Below, in pieces: positions 11,723 to 23,655 of a stretch of DNA of 64,000 nucleotides. The stretch spans positions 79,794,001-79,858,000 of the forward strand of contig NC_042998.1 of the NCBI RefSeq assembly GCF_006345805.1, read 5' to 3'. The notes below the pieces were generated by a model. That model saw only the letters and a program-made list of their open reading frames with translations. It searched no databases and was not told the DNA's origin. How positions within the stretch are numbered: the first letter of the stretch is position 1; each line of letters opens with the position of its first letter. Source of the stretch: Octopus sinensis (lineage: Eukaryota). The position numbers were made by a program, and so were the translations under genes.

Positions 11723-12695
11723 CACGTATTCTATGTATTCTATCCGTCTCTTTTACCAAATCGTTAAGTTACGTAAACAAACACATACACATACATACAT
11801 ACACACATGACGACGAGCTTCCATAAAATTTTCATCTACAAAATACACTCACAACGTATTGGTCGGCCCGGGGCTATAGTAAAAGCACAATCTGCCACGC
11901 AGTGAGACTGAACCAGAAACCACATGATTACAAAGCGAGCTTTTTAAATACAGTCAATGTAGTGTATATCCCCACCTCCGGCGAGGTAGGTAGGTAGGTA
12001 GACAGATACTGAACATCTTAACAAAGAGGTTCCCAATCAGTCATTTTTGGTCTATACAGAGAGGGCACTTTAGCCATCTCTAGAGGTGCTAACATGCATA
12101 GCATAGATAGGCTTAGGAAGGACCTAATTTGCATCCTTAATTCCCTTGGCTTTAAGAGTGCAGTCGAGATCAACCTTACTTTGGACCTGGGTCCTGTTCA
12201 TACAAGCCCTACCGCAAACCAACCGAAAGGCTGTCATACATTAACAGAGCTTCGTGCCACCCATCTATTGTGTTCAAGAACTTAGTGAAGGGTGCCAGAA
12301 GGAGGATTTAGAACCTGTCCTCCATAAGGAAATTTTCACCGCCGTAGTCCCTACTACAACGAGATTTTGACCACATCTATATTCCGGGTCCTAACACCCA
12401 CAAAAGAAAGCGTCATCGTAAAGTCATTAACGTTTTCCAATCTTTACTCAACGTCAGAACCTACGTAGGAAGGATATTCCTTAGATTAGTGGACAAACAC
12501 TTCACACAGTCACATAGATATGGGCGATTGTTTAATAGGCACAATTTAAGGGTCTCTTCCAGCTGTGTGCCCAGCGTTAAAAATATTTTAGTCGGTGGGT
12601 GCCCAGTGGGGGGGTAGGTAGGCGCGTCAATGCAACTCTGAAGGCATAGTCTATGAGGCTGGTGGGGTCCTGCAGTGGCGGCAGCAGCACTGGCA

Positions 12696-13037
12696 TCTCT
12701 CTATATATAAACAGCAAAATGTCTGTGTGTGTCCTTTATACAAATCCACAATTTTTCAGTTAGAGGGCTCGCACTTCCTATGGTCATTCAAAACCGTCCA
12801 AGGGTGGTCGTGCACATCTTTACATTTCCCCAGTCACCCCGTAAAGCCATTAAAAAATCGATAGAAGTGACTTTTTTGTGAATTTTCTATCAAAATGCCC
12901 GAAACTTGATACGCCAATTGAATGCCAGCTAGCCGCATGTGATTGGTCGGAGATTTGGACAGTACTCGCGTGTATGTGCGCACGCACACAGCTGTATATG
13001 CATGCACTAGTATGCATATGCCGGGTCATAGTGCTAG
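12696..13037 (+). mobile_element. Non-autonomous Helitron
   Basis: 5' a|tctctctatatataaac and 3' ccgggtcatagtgctag|t: TC...CTAG ends at an AT target, no TSD. Confidence 0.75.
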
Positions 13038-13137
13038 TCAACAATAAAAATGACACCAACAACACATCTGTCAGTAACAACAAGTGACAGCAATAGCGGT
13101 GACAGCAACAACAATAGCACGTCAAGTAGAAGCAATA

Positions 13138-13363
13138 ACGAGCTGGCAGAAACGTTAGCACGTCGGGCGAAATGCTTAGTAGTATTTCGTCTGCCGCTAC
13201 GTTCTGAGTTCAGATTCTGCCGAGGTGGACTTTGCCTTTCATCCTTTCGGAGTCGATTAAATAAGTACCAGTTACGCACTGGGGTCGATATAATCGACTT
13301 AGTCCGTTTGTCTGTCCTTGTTTGTCCCCTCTATGTTTAGCCCCTTGTGGGCAATAAAGAAAT
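13138..13363 (+). mobile_element. SINE family C
   Basis: cgagctggcagaaacgttagcacgtcggg...ccccttgtgggcaataaagaaat. Confidence 0.9.
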
Positions 13364-14042
13364 GAGAAGTAATAGCGACAGCTACAGTAGCAATAACACC
13401 AATAGTGCATCCAACAGAAGCAATAACGGCGGCTGTGATGGCAACAGCTACGTCACAAGCATCCAACAATATCGGCAACAACGGCAGCGAAACCAGCAGC
13501 AGCAGCAAGAATAGCAGCTATGACACCACCTGCACAAGGGCACAGACACGGAAGAATGTTGAATCTACAGAGAATCTGTTCAAGCATCATCTGAACAAAT
13601 ACAGGTCCTCCTTTAGAATACCAGAGCGGTGCAACATCACGTTTGTGGCCAGCTATGTATGGCGTTTAGAGGAATGTACACGATACATAATTAAACGGGG
13701 GCTCCTAGAACAACTGGGGCCGTACCTCAACAGGAGCAAATGATGTAAGATTTGCTTGGCAAGAGAGCAAGAATCTTGAAAAAGTCACTTGAACTCCAAA
13801 ACAGAGATGTTTAGTCATTGCCCTCATCAGACGAAATTCATATTGGAATTTTCCGTTTGACAACATGGCTAAAACAGCTGACTATACGCCGACCCGTTTT
13901 AGATGTAACTGGAACCGATTTAAAGGGTACAACTCAGCACATTTATTGCCAGTAGAATTTCATTCCGGAATTTTTTGCTTACAAAATTAACTGACCATGA
14001 CATATTCCTCCCTTGTAGAGAAGTCATGTGACTTCGGCCAAC

Positions 14043-14115
14043 GAATCTGATGAGTCGCCTATACAGTGAAGTATTTTATAGGCGTGAAACTAATGATCAC
14101 TCTCCAATTGGTCAA
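14043..14115 (+). ncRNA. Decayed type I hammerhead ribozyme motif at the 3' end of the Penelope-like element
   Basis: CTGATGA (14047) - stem II cgcctata/tataggcg - GAAAC (14086). Stems I and III are imperfect. Confidence 0.6.
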
Positions 14116-14235
14116 AACAAACAACCCTCTAAGTATACACATACACACACACAAGTTTGGACTATTTTGATAATTGCCATGCACATAATTCTTCACTGGA
14201 GCCACATTTGCAACTTCCTATGAATTAAAAATAAC

Positions 14236-15271
14236 GATTGTATGACGCATGCGTATGAACAGCCATGCTACATGGCAGTGAAACATGGCCCTGACTGCTG
14301 AGGACATGTGTAAGCTTGCAAGGAATGAAGCCAGTATGCTCCAATGGATGTGTAATGTCAGTGTGCATACTTGACAGAGTGTAAGTGCCTTGAGAGATAA
14401 GTTGGACCTAAGAAGCATCAGATGTGGTGTGCAAGAGAGACAACTGCTCTGGTATGGTGATGTGGCGAGAATGGATGTGGATAGCTGTGTGAAAAAGTGC
14501 CACACCCTAGCCGTTGGGGGAACCTGCGTAAGAGGCAGACCCAGGAAGACCTGGGATGAGGTGGTGAAGCATGACCTTCGAAAATTGGGCCTCAACAAGG
14601 CAAAGACTAATGACTGGGACCTTTGGAAATATGATGTGCTTGAGAAGACTCGGCAAGCCAAGTGAGACCATAACCTCATGGCCTACGCCAGGGGTGTAAC
14701 CAGCCCACTTATGCATACCTTTCCTTCGTTGGACACTAAACTCTGCTTGCGAAGACCTGTTGAGGCAAGTGAAATTGAAATCGAAATCAAATTCGATGAC
14801 AGGCATCCGTGCTAGTGGAGTGCTAAGAGCACCATCTGAGCGTGATCATTGCCAGAGCAACAAACTGGCTTCCGTGCCAGTGACACGTAAAAAGCCCCAT
14901 TCGAGCGTGATCATTACCTGCATTGCCTTACTGGCACTTGTGCTGGTGGCATGTGAAAAATCATTCAAGCAATAGTTGTTGCCAGTGCCGCTGGACTGGC
15001 TCCTGTGCAGGTGGCACATAAAAAGCACCATTTGAGCGTGGCCATTGCCAGTAGCGCTTGACTGGCCCGCATGCCAGTGGCACGTAAAAGCACCCACTAC
15101 ACTCTTGGAGTGGTTGGCGTTATGAAGTGTATCCAGCTGTAGAAACCCTGCCAGATCAGAATGGAGCCTGGTGCAGCCATCTGGTTCGCCAGCCCTCAGT
15201 CAAATCGTCCAACCCATGCTAGCATGGAAAGCAGACGTTAAACGATGATGATGATGATGATGATGATGATG
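14236..15271 (+). mobile_element. 5'-truncated RTE LINE, same family as 48420-50970
   Basis: QERQLLWYGDVARM...RGRPRKTWDEVVKHDLR, a repeat-containing 3'UTR and a (gat)n tail. Confidence 0.92.
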
Positions 15272-16504
15272 AGACATGCATACACACACACACACAATGT
15301 GTCAAGTTACTCTTGACTACTTCTGGTAACATGTAACCCAGTACAATCTGCTTGGTGATTGGGCTGGTTATTGGACACTCTGTAGGATAAAAACAAGACC
15401 CATTGAAGAGAGAGAGGATGGCCTCAGAAGAGTCAACAGCTGTACAATTACAGGAGATAAATATGCGTATGAGGATTTAGAAATTTCTGTTGTGTCTCTG
15501 TTTTACTTCTCAGATCCTGTACCTAACATCCATTCAGCTCTTCCATTCCAGAACAGCAGCCCTTGAAAATTCTCTTCCCATTCATGCTTTTATTATTATT
15601 GTCTCAAGAGATGTTTATGTAGAACTTCAACTCCGTCATTCTCACTGGTTTGAAAGGACATGGAAATGTAACGTTGGGTTTTGGGTTCTGCTCTTCCTCT
15701 ATGACTGACTTATAGAAATAATAAATATTGATAAATAAATAAATGATAGTCAATATTACAAATAATTATGTGCTTCACTATACAACCACCATTTCATAAT
15801 TTAGCAATTTTAAAGGAAGAATGAACAGACATCTTTGATGAAGGGCATGGTCTCAAAATCTCTAAATTTTCTTTTTCCTCACAGCATACCAACAAAACCC
15901 ATAAGGTTGAATCCTTGTTGTAGAGTAGTGGAGTGTGTCACAATGACCCTGAGAGATATGGCAACTGAGGGTAAGTTCCTGGTAAGACCTTCTATGCTGG
16001 ACAGGCCAAAGGATAGTGGCCAGACTAATATTGACCGTTCTTTCCCTGAGATAAAAAAAATAGGGCCAACAACCCTATCTAGGAAAAAAGCAATGTAACA
16101 GAAGCATTGATGGCAATTCAAAACCAACAAGACCTGGGAGAAGAAGGTCTTCCCCCAAGGAAACATATGATGTGGAGTACAAAATCCAAAAGGAAACAGC
16201 AAGGAAAAGCAGGGATCCAACTAAAGACATGTAGAAAAGACAACCCAAATTTGTGAACAGTGGTGAGAATTAATCAAAGGCCTATGTTTCATAAGCAGCA
16301 AAGAATGATGATGATGAACTTAATGGCAAATAACACCAACAAAGCAAGCTTTTGTTTGACTTTGTGTGGGCCTATAGGATATTGGCCAACTTTTTAAAGA
16401 AACCACAGTTCATATTTTGTCGTTAACATGGTACTTCATTCTTGGTGGTTCTTTCCCACCAATAAATAAATAGAACTGACTGTATAAATACAAATAGCAG
16501 TGTA

Positions 16505-18309
16505 CCAGCGTACCCTGAAAGGTCACGCCAGGGTCAAGTTTAAAGATGAGGTAGAGAGATGGATCGAGGAAGGAGCCCTTATCCCGTGAAAGGAGGAGGT
16601 AGTGAGCGGAGTGCTACCTCTGATGGCAGTGGGGCAGCCAATGAAGGGAAAAGTCAGACTGGTGCTGGACTTTAGAGAACTGAACACCTATATATCGTGC
16701 CACATGAGAGGCAAGGCGATGGACGTTTGTGGCGAGACGTTACATGTGTGGAGGCAGTCAACCAAGGTAGCAACAACTGTCGACTTGAAGATGGCATATT
16801 TGCAGCTCCATGTGAGTGACAAACTGGCGATATCAGCTGGCGTGGTACAAAGGCCGGATGTACAGTTTAACCAGGCTGGGCTTTGGACTGAATTCCACTC
16901 CGAAGATCATGGCAACAGTGCTCAAGTCCATCCTAAGGAAAGAGGACAAGATAAGAAAGGTCACCAGTTCCTATATAGATGACGTTTTGGTGGACGAGAC
17001 TGTAGTGCCAGCCACTGAGGTAGTGAGACATCTGGAGAAGTTCAGGCTGGTTGCAAAGCCACTGGAATCGATGGTAGAGGGAGCTGCACTGGGACTGAAG
17101 CTATGAAGAGATAGATTGGGTGAGTTGGTGTTCTGGAGAGGAATTGGGTGTGGACAGGACCCTGTATCTCGCAAAGATGATTGACGCTGATGTCACTAGG
17201 AGAAAGATCCGGAAAGTGGTCAGGACCTGTGACAGGTGCCAATCCATTGACCCTGCCCGATGTGGGCATGAGCAAGGAAACCTTGCACAACTGGAAGAGA
17301 CTAGCTGTGGATGTGACACACTACCGTCAGGGAACGTATCTCTCCATGGTCGACTGTGGGCTGGGCTGGATAGCCATTTGGAGGGAGTTGAGGACAAGCA
17401 TTGTTGATGAGATTGCGCAGATTTTGAATGGGATATTTTAGAGAGGAGTCCTGTGGAAGAACTGCTAATGGACAATGGGGTGGTATTTCATTCGGAAGTG
17501 TTGAGGGATATGCTTGACAGGTGGAAAGTGCGTCGCTTGTTCAGAGCAGTGTATAGGCCGAGCAGTAATGGAATCGTAGAGGGGCACCATAGGACGATCA
17601 AGGCCATGGTGGAAAGAGGACACATTTCACCACTTGAAGCAGTTTTCTGGTATAACATGTTTCCCCGATCTGGACCAGCTAAAGTATCTGTGCCACACAG
17701 AGCAGTATTTAAATATGAATGGAGGCATCCCAGTAAAGTGCCGGAGTGCCACAAGGAAGAGAAGGAACCCACCTCCATGAAAATAGGGGAGGGAGGAGTT
17801 TGGGTTAAGCCACCGAAGGTGCCCTGTACATTTCAAATGGAGCAGAGGACCAGTGACAGCAGTCAATTCCAGAAACATCTCCGTGGATGGAATGCCACGT
17901 CACATTTTGGACCTTCACAGGATTGTCGCCTCATCAGATGATGATTGTGGAGAGGAGGAGAGAGGTGCCTAGCTTGAGGAGATCTCAACATGTAAGGTGC
18001 CCACCCGGTTGGATGGTGGACATCGACATGCAGTGGGGGGGGGGTGATCTTTAGGATCAGGGTGGCGTGTGGAATGACATCAGCAGCTGGGGAGCTGACT
18101 GGAAGAGGAAGGGCATGCAGGTGACGCGCACACACGCAGGTGAAGATTGCGCCCTTTTTGATCAGGGAAGCCGTGAGCACAGGACGGGTTAGTGCTTCGT
18201 CAAGGTGAGGGAAAGCAGCTGCTACTTTTAGCATTTCAGGACGGGCCATGTGGAAGGATACGTTACCACCTGACAGGTGTCTTACTTCTAATCTCCTGCA
18301 TTCACTACA
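16505..18309 (+). mobile_element. Degenerate Ty3/Gypsy LTR retrotransposon: RT + integrase, PPT and probable 3' LTR
   Basis: RT motifs KVRLVLDFRELN, DLKMAYLQL, FGLNS, YIDD. Integrase motifs GVDRT..CDRCQ, AVDVTH, MDNG, RPSSNGIVE.HHRTIK. G10 tract at 18035-18044 is followed by TG, with CA at ~18309. Confidence 0.88.
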
Positions 18310-18679
18310 ACTGCTTCACTGCTATTTAGATTCGGGTCAACCTTGATCTATAGTCAAAGACATTGATATAATAGATCTACAGTCTAATCCAGTTGCTTGT
18401 TTTTGTTCAGTTTAGGATTGATAAGAAAACTTTAAAAAAGAAATAGCTGCAGGTATTGTGTCTCTTCCAACAAATATAAGCAAAATCTGAAAGGAAGGCA
18501 AAGGCATAGTCATGAAGTTAAGAAGTTCACTTAGCAACCACATAGTTCAAGAATTAATCCCACCTCATGCCACCTAGGACACATGTCTTATACTGTAATC
18601 TCAAGTTGAACAAGTAGAAGCCCATTGTGTGTGTGTGCACATGCATGAGCAATAATATTTTGAATTATTTGCAGAAGGC

Positions 18680-18963
18680 CTGAAACTTTCAGAGAAGGGC
18701 TAATTGATTACATCAACCCCAGTGCTCGACTGGTACCTACTATATCAACCTCAAAAGGATAAAAGGCAAAGTTGACAACAGCAAAATTTGAACTCAGAAC
18801 ATAAAGCCAAAGGAAATGGTGTTAAGCATTTTGTCCAGTGTGCTAATGACTCTGCTAGTTCAAAGTCAACCTTGACAGAATTTGAACTCAGACTGTAAAG
18901 ACAGATGAAATACCAGTAAGCATTTCATTTAACATGCTAATAAGTCAGCCAGCTCACCACCTT
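18680..18963 (-). mobile_element. Two partial SINE family C copies
   Basis: aatttgaactcaga...aagcatttt...tgctaat occurs twice; CpG-decayed. Confidence 0.75.
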
Positions 18964-18977
18964 AATAATAACAATAA

Positions 18978-19276
18978 TATTATTTACATTCGATGGATAT
19001 TTGTTCTCATCTTGTTTGTTGTTGACACGTTTCAGCTGATATATCCTCCAGCCTTCTTCAGGAGTCTTGGGGAAATTTTGAACCTGGGTTCTCACTCCTA
19101 AGGTATTTTTCGTTGTTGTTGTTGTCGTTCAGGTCACTGCTTGGAATCGAACTCGGAATCTTGGGGTTAGTAGCCTGCACTCTTAACTACTATGCCGTGG
19201 GCATATGACATAGTGGTTAACAGCATGGGCTACTAACCCCAAGATTCCGAGTTCGATTCCAAGCAGTGACCTGAAC

Positions 19277-19340
<64 letters not shown>

Positions 19341-19510
19341 TCGAAAAATACCTTAGGAATGGGAACCCAGGTTTGAAATTTCCCCAAGACACCTGAAGAA
19401 GGCTGGAGGGTATATCAGCTGAAACATTGTTTTAACAACAAACAAGATGAGGACAAATATCTGTCAAATGTAAATAATGTACATAATTCCTCATCTCTTA
19501 AATATAAAAC
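18978..19510. mobile_element. Head-to-head pair of tRNA-headed elements with hammerhead-like tails
   Basis: The plus copy from ~19199 (catagtggttaa...gagttcgattcc, (AAT)n, ...ctgaagaaggctg...gaaac...) is mirrored by a minus copy at 18978-19196. The centre is tatgcc-gtg-ggcata. Confidence 0.85.
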
Positions 19511-19761
19511 AACAATAATAATAGTATTCCTTTCTACTGGAGGTACAAGGCCTCAAATTTGGGGGTAGAGGACTAGTCGATTATATCAACCCTAGTGTTT
19601 TACTGATATTTAATTTATTGACCCTGAACAGATGAAAGGCAAAGTCAACCTCGGCAGAATTTGAACTCAGAACATAGCGGCAGACGAAATACTGCTAAGC
19701 ATTTCGTCTAGCATGTTAATGATTCTGCCAACTCACCACCTTAACAGTAATAATAATAATA

Positions 19762-19798
<37 letters not shown>

Positions 19799-20204
19799 TC
19801 GAAAAATACCTTAGGAATGAGAACCCAGGTTTGAAATTTCCCCAAGACACCTGAAGAAGGCTGGAGGGTATATCAGCTGAAACATTGTTTTAACAACAAA
19901 CAAGATGAGGACAAATATCCATCGAATGTAAATAATGTACATAATTCCTCATCTCTTAAATATAAAACAACAATAATAATAGTATTCCTTTCTACTGGAG
20001 GTACAAGGCCTCAAATTTGGGGGTAGAGGACTAGTCGATTATATCAACCCTAGTGTTTTACTGATATTTAATTTATTGACCCTGAACAGATGAAAGGCAA
20101 AGTCAACCTCGGCAGAATTTGAACTCAGAACATAGCGGCAGACGAAATACTGCTAAGCATTTCGTCTAGCATGTTAATGATTCTGCCAACTCACCACCTT
20201 AACA

Positions 20205-20238
<34 letters not shown>
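19337..20238 (+). repeat. Near-identical 458-bp tandem duplication bounded by (AAT)n tracts
   Basis: aacatcgaaaaatacc at 19337 and 19795. Each unit is the hammerhead-bearing tail plus a minus-strand family-C SINE. Confidence 0.95.
19388..19433 (+). ncRNA. Minimal hammerhead-like motif (further copies at 19846-19891 + and ~19020-19066 -)
   Basis: gacac CTGAAGA a ggctg-loop-cagct GAAAC attgtttt. Core boxes and stem II are intact; stems I and III carry substitutions. Confidence 0.55.
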
Positions 20239-20239
<1 letters not shown>

Positions 20240-20490
20240 TAGCTGGACCCGTGCAAACTTCATGGGAAATATAAAAGATGTAAGCATCTGTAAACTGTGT
20301 GCTGGTGCTATGAGAAATGTTTTCATATTGTGACACTTACAGAATATAGAAAAAAGTGTAAAACCGATAACTATATAATCCACCAAAATAACTCAGTTAA
20401 ACAAACGTAAACAGAATTACTATTTATCCTTAAAATATATCATACATATTCAAAGAACCTTCATGGTTTAGTGGTACGGAATCTTCTTCT
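20239..20490 (-). mobile_element. Helitron 3' end fragment
   Basis: The reverse complement ends cccatgaagtttgcacgggtccagctag|t (subterminal hairpin + CTAG). Confidence 0.55.
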
Positions 20491-20904
20491 GGCATTCTTT
20501 TATTCTTTTCCTTGTTTCAGTCATTTGACAGAGGCTATGCTGGAGCACTGCCCTTTAGTTGAAGAAATCAACTCCTGAACTTATTCCCTGTAAGCCTGGT
20601 GTTTATTCTATTAGTCTCTTTTGCCGAACCGCTATGTTACAGGGACGCAAACACACCAATGTCGATTGTCAAGTGATGGTGGTGGTGGGGATAAACACAC
20701 ACATATACATATAATGGGCTTCTTTCAGTTTCTGTCTACCAAATCCACTCACAAGGCTTTGGTTGACCCGGGGCTATGAAACTGAAATAAGTACTGTGGT
20801 TGATATGATCAGTTTAAAACCCTGAAAGGTAATGGTCCATCATGGCTACAGGCTAATGACCAAATTGAATAAAAGAATAATAACAATATAATATAAAACC
20901 ATCA

Positions 20905-21129
20905 TTAACACTTTCGTTTTAATATTTCTACTGAGATGTACTTCTCTCAATTCAATTAACTTTGAAAATAACGAAGTATTTAGTAAAATAACTTTGTAAT
21001 TATTAAGCTGGTGTGTGGGACATAAATTAAAATGAAATTTTGATAGGTTTTAATTTAGATCACTTTAAAACAACATTTGTATCTAGAAGCAGGGGCAGTC
21101 TCAGGCAGACTGGTATCAAAAAACGTTAA
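20905..21129. mobile_element. Degenerate TTAA-type MITE
   Basis: ttaacactttcg...aaaaaacgttaa ends; no coding capacity. Confidence 0.45.
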
Positions 21130-21900
21130 TACCTTAAGCAATATAGTAATAATGATAAAGGAGTTGTTGAACTGTTTCACACTTGAATAATTGATTAATA
21201 TACCAGATGCCTACAAGCAAAAATAGTATAGTTAGTCATGTCATCCTTCCAGTGTTGTCAAACTGGTATGTATGTGTACAGTTGCTGAGTGGTAGCCTAG
21301 AGATGAGAAAAGGCCACTCAGTAGAGCTCCACGATGATAGGAAGATGGCTTATTAAAAACAAATTTGGGCCAAGATAGATAAGAATAATGCAATCAAGAA
21401 AGAATTAGAAGCAGCGGTGTATAGCAACAACAACAACAACCAATAGTCTGGCCAATACAGATGAGATATATCAATCATCACCTTAATATTCACTTTGCCA
21501 TCCTTGCATGGATCAAACAGAATTTGTTGAGGTAGATTCTCTATAGTTGGATGCTCCTCCTGTTGCCAACCATCACTTATTTCCAAGTAACTGGACATGT
21601 TTATGTGGAAGACTGGAAACAAATAAAACTGTTTGGATGATGGTGACATTAATTTAAAACTATCACATGATGTCAAGAAAAGGAAGCACAAACAAACACA
21701 CACACACAAGATTTTTCAGCTTCTATCTATCAGCTCCATTCACAAGATTTTGGTCAAGCCAGGTCTATATTAGAAGATACTTATCCACGGTACTGCACAG
21801 CAAAACTGAATGCAAACTACAAGATTGGGATGCAACCACCTTAAACACACAGGTATACAGCTATATTGTATATAAAGTTATATACATAAAGTACAAATTA

Positions 21901-22210
21901 TGTTTCTTTATTAGCCACACAGGGCTGCACAAAGACGGGACAAATTACAAGGTAGAGCTTTTCTTTTGGGGATAAAAAAAGGGAGTTTGGTTTTCGATCA
22001 AAAGGGATCGTAAAAAGAAAGAAAAGGGAAAGCAAAAAAAAAAAGCGGGGGGGGGGTAAAAATAAAAGGAAAGAGAAAAATCGATCAATAGGGATCGTTA
22101 TCACAGAAATGTCAATATAAAGTGTAAAGGGGAGGACAGGTGAGGTTTACCTGTGGAAAGAAAAGCCTACGGAAAAGACCACAGTAACCTCGGTCAATGA
22201 AGTCACATGT
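21901..22210 (-). mobile_element. 5'-truncated retroposon 3' end with a 14-bp TSD
   Basis: taaagtacaaatta at 21887-21900 and 22211-22224. The minus-strand tail is gccctgtgtggctaataaagaaaca. Confidence 0.85.
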
Positions 22211-22574
22211 TAAAGTACAAATTAATGCTGTTATTCATTTAGCTTCAGCCAGTTGTTTTTATTCCTCAACTTAATTCCTATCTGAATGCCTTCTTCACAA
22301 GCTTTCCTTTAAAGCAACTCCCTATTAATAAGATTTTTCTAAGAATATAGATTCTTTTGTTACTTACTTCCCGTCCTATATTTTATCAAAACAAAGGAAT
22401 CTCTATGTGGATGTTTAACTTGATAGAAATAATTGCCAAATCTCTTCCAGATCACATCCTTAGTGTCATAAGAGCAATCTACATAATAGCAAAATAATAG
22501 AATCCAAGGGTACTGGTGATGTTCTACATCCACAAATAATAATACAAAATACAAAAAGAAGAATAAGCCCAGAC

Positions 22575-23655
22575 ATGGTTATGTAGTTTAGTTTGCTTTG
22601 TAGGCATATGGCTTTGTGTTCAATCCTACTGTTTGGTAATTTGTGCAAATGTCTTCTACTATAGACCAGGCCAATCAATACCTTGTGAGTCAAGTTGGTA
22701 GATGGAAGTCGAGCAGAAGCCCACAGTGTGTGTGATTTTGTATGTTGTATGTTTGTCAGTGTTTGTCTCTCCCTGTGTGACAATCAATGTTTGTCCATGT
22801 CTCCTTAACTTAGTTGTTCAGTAAAGAGACGAATAGAATAAGTACCAGACATTAAAACATGTACTTGGGTCAATTTGTCCAACTAAACCTTTGAAAGTGG
22901 TTTAGTTGGACAAATTAGATAATACCACAAGTTAGATGACACTACAGGTTATTAAACACTTGTCATTTTTATTTTATTTTACTTGTTTCAGTCATTAGAC
23001 TGCAGTCATGTTGGGGCACTGCCTCGAAGAAGTTTTAGTTGAATGAAACAACTTTATTTTATTTTATTTTTTCTAAACCTAGTACACATTCTATCGTCCC
23101 TTTTTGCCAAACTCCTAAGTTAATAGGACAATAACACACACGATGGGCTTCTTTCAGTTTCTATCTTCCAAATCTAATCACAAGGCTTTGGTCTACATGA
23201 GGCTATGGTAGAGGACACTTGCCTCACAATCCACAGTGGGACTGAACCTAGAACCATGTGGTTGGGAAGCAAGCTTCTTACCAAACAGCCATGCCTTTTT
23301 TTATTTATTTTACTTGTTTCAGTCATTAGATTGTGGCCATGCTGGGGCACCAACTTGAAGAATTTTAGTCAAACTAATCAACTCCAGTATTTATTTTCTT
23401 TTTAACCCTGGTATTTATTCTATCAGTCTTTTCTGCTGAACTGCTAAGTGACGGAGATGTAAATACAAGCACAAAGACACACACACATATATGTGAGGGC
23501 TTCTTTCAGTTTCCATCAACCAAATCTACTCACAAGGCTTTGTTTGGCCCTAGGATATTGCAAAAGACATTTGCCCAAGGTGCCACGCTGTGGGAGTAAA
23601 CCCGGAACCATGTGGTTGGGAAGCAAACATTTTACCACACAGCCATGCCTGTGCC
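22575..23655. mobile_element. Cluster of three decayed family-B SINEs (+,-,-)
   Basis: Repeated gaaccatgtggttgggaagcaa, cttgtttcagtcattagac and agaataagtacc motifs. Confidence 0.8.

Larger units (their letters stand above)
11995..14130 (+). mobile_element. Decayed Penelope-like element (RT thumb + GIY-YIG), interrupted by a Helitron and a SINE
   Basis: IDRLRKDLICILNSLG, YKPYRKP, YINR.SCHP and PYYN remnants at 12050-12580. GIY-YIG C-terminal part FKHHLNKYRSSF...SYVWRL...PYLNRSK*CKICL at 13555-13850. Hammerhead-like motif at the 3' end. Confidence 0.8.
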
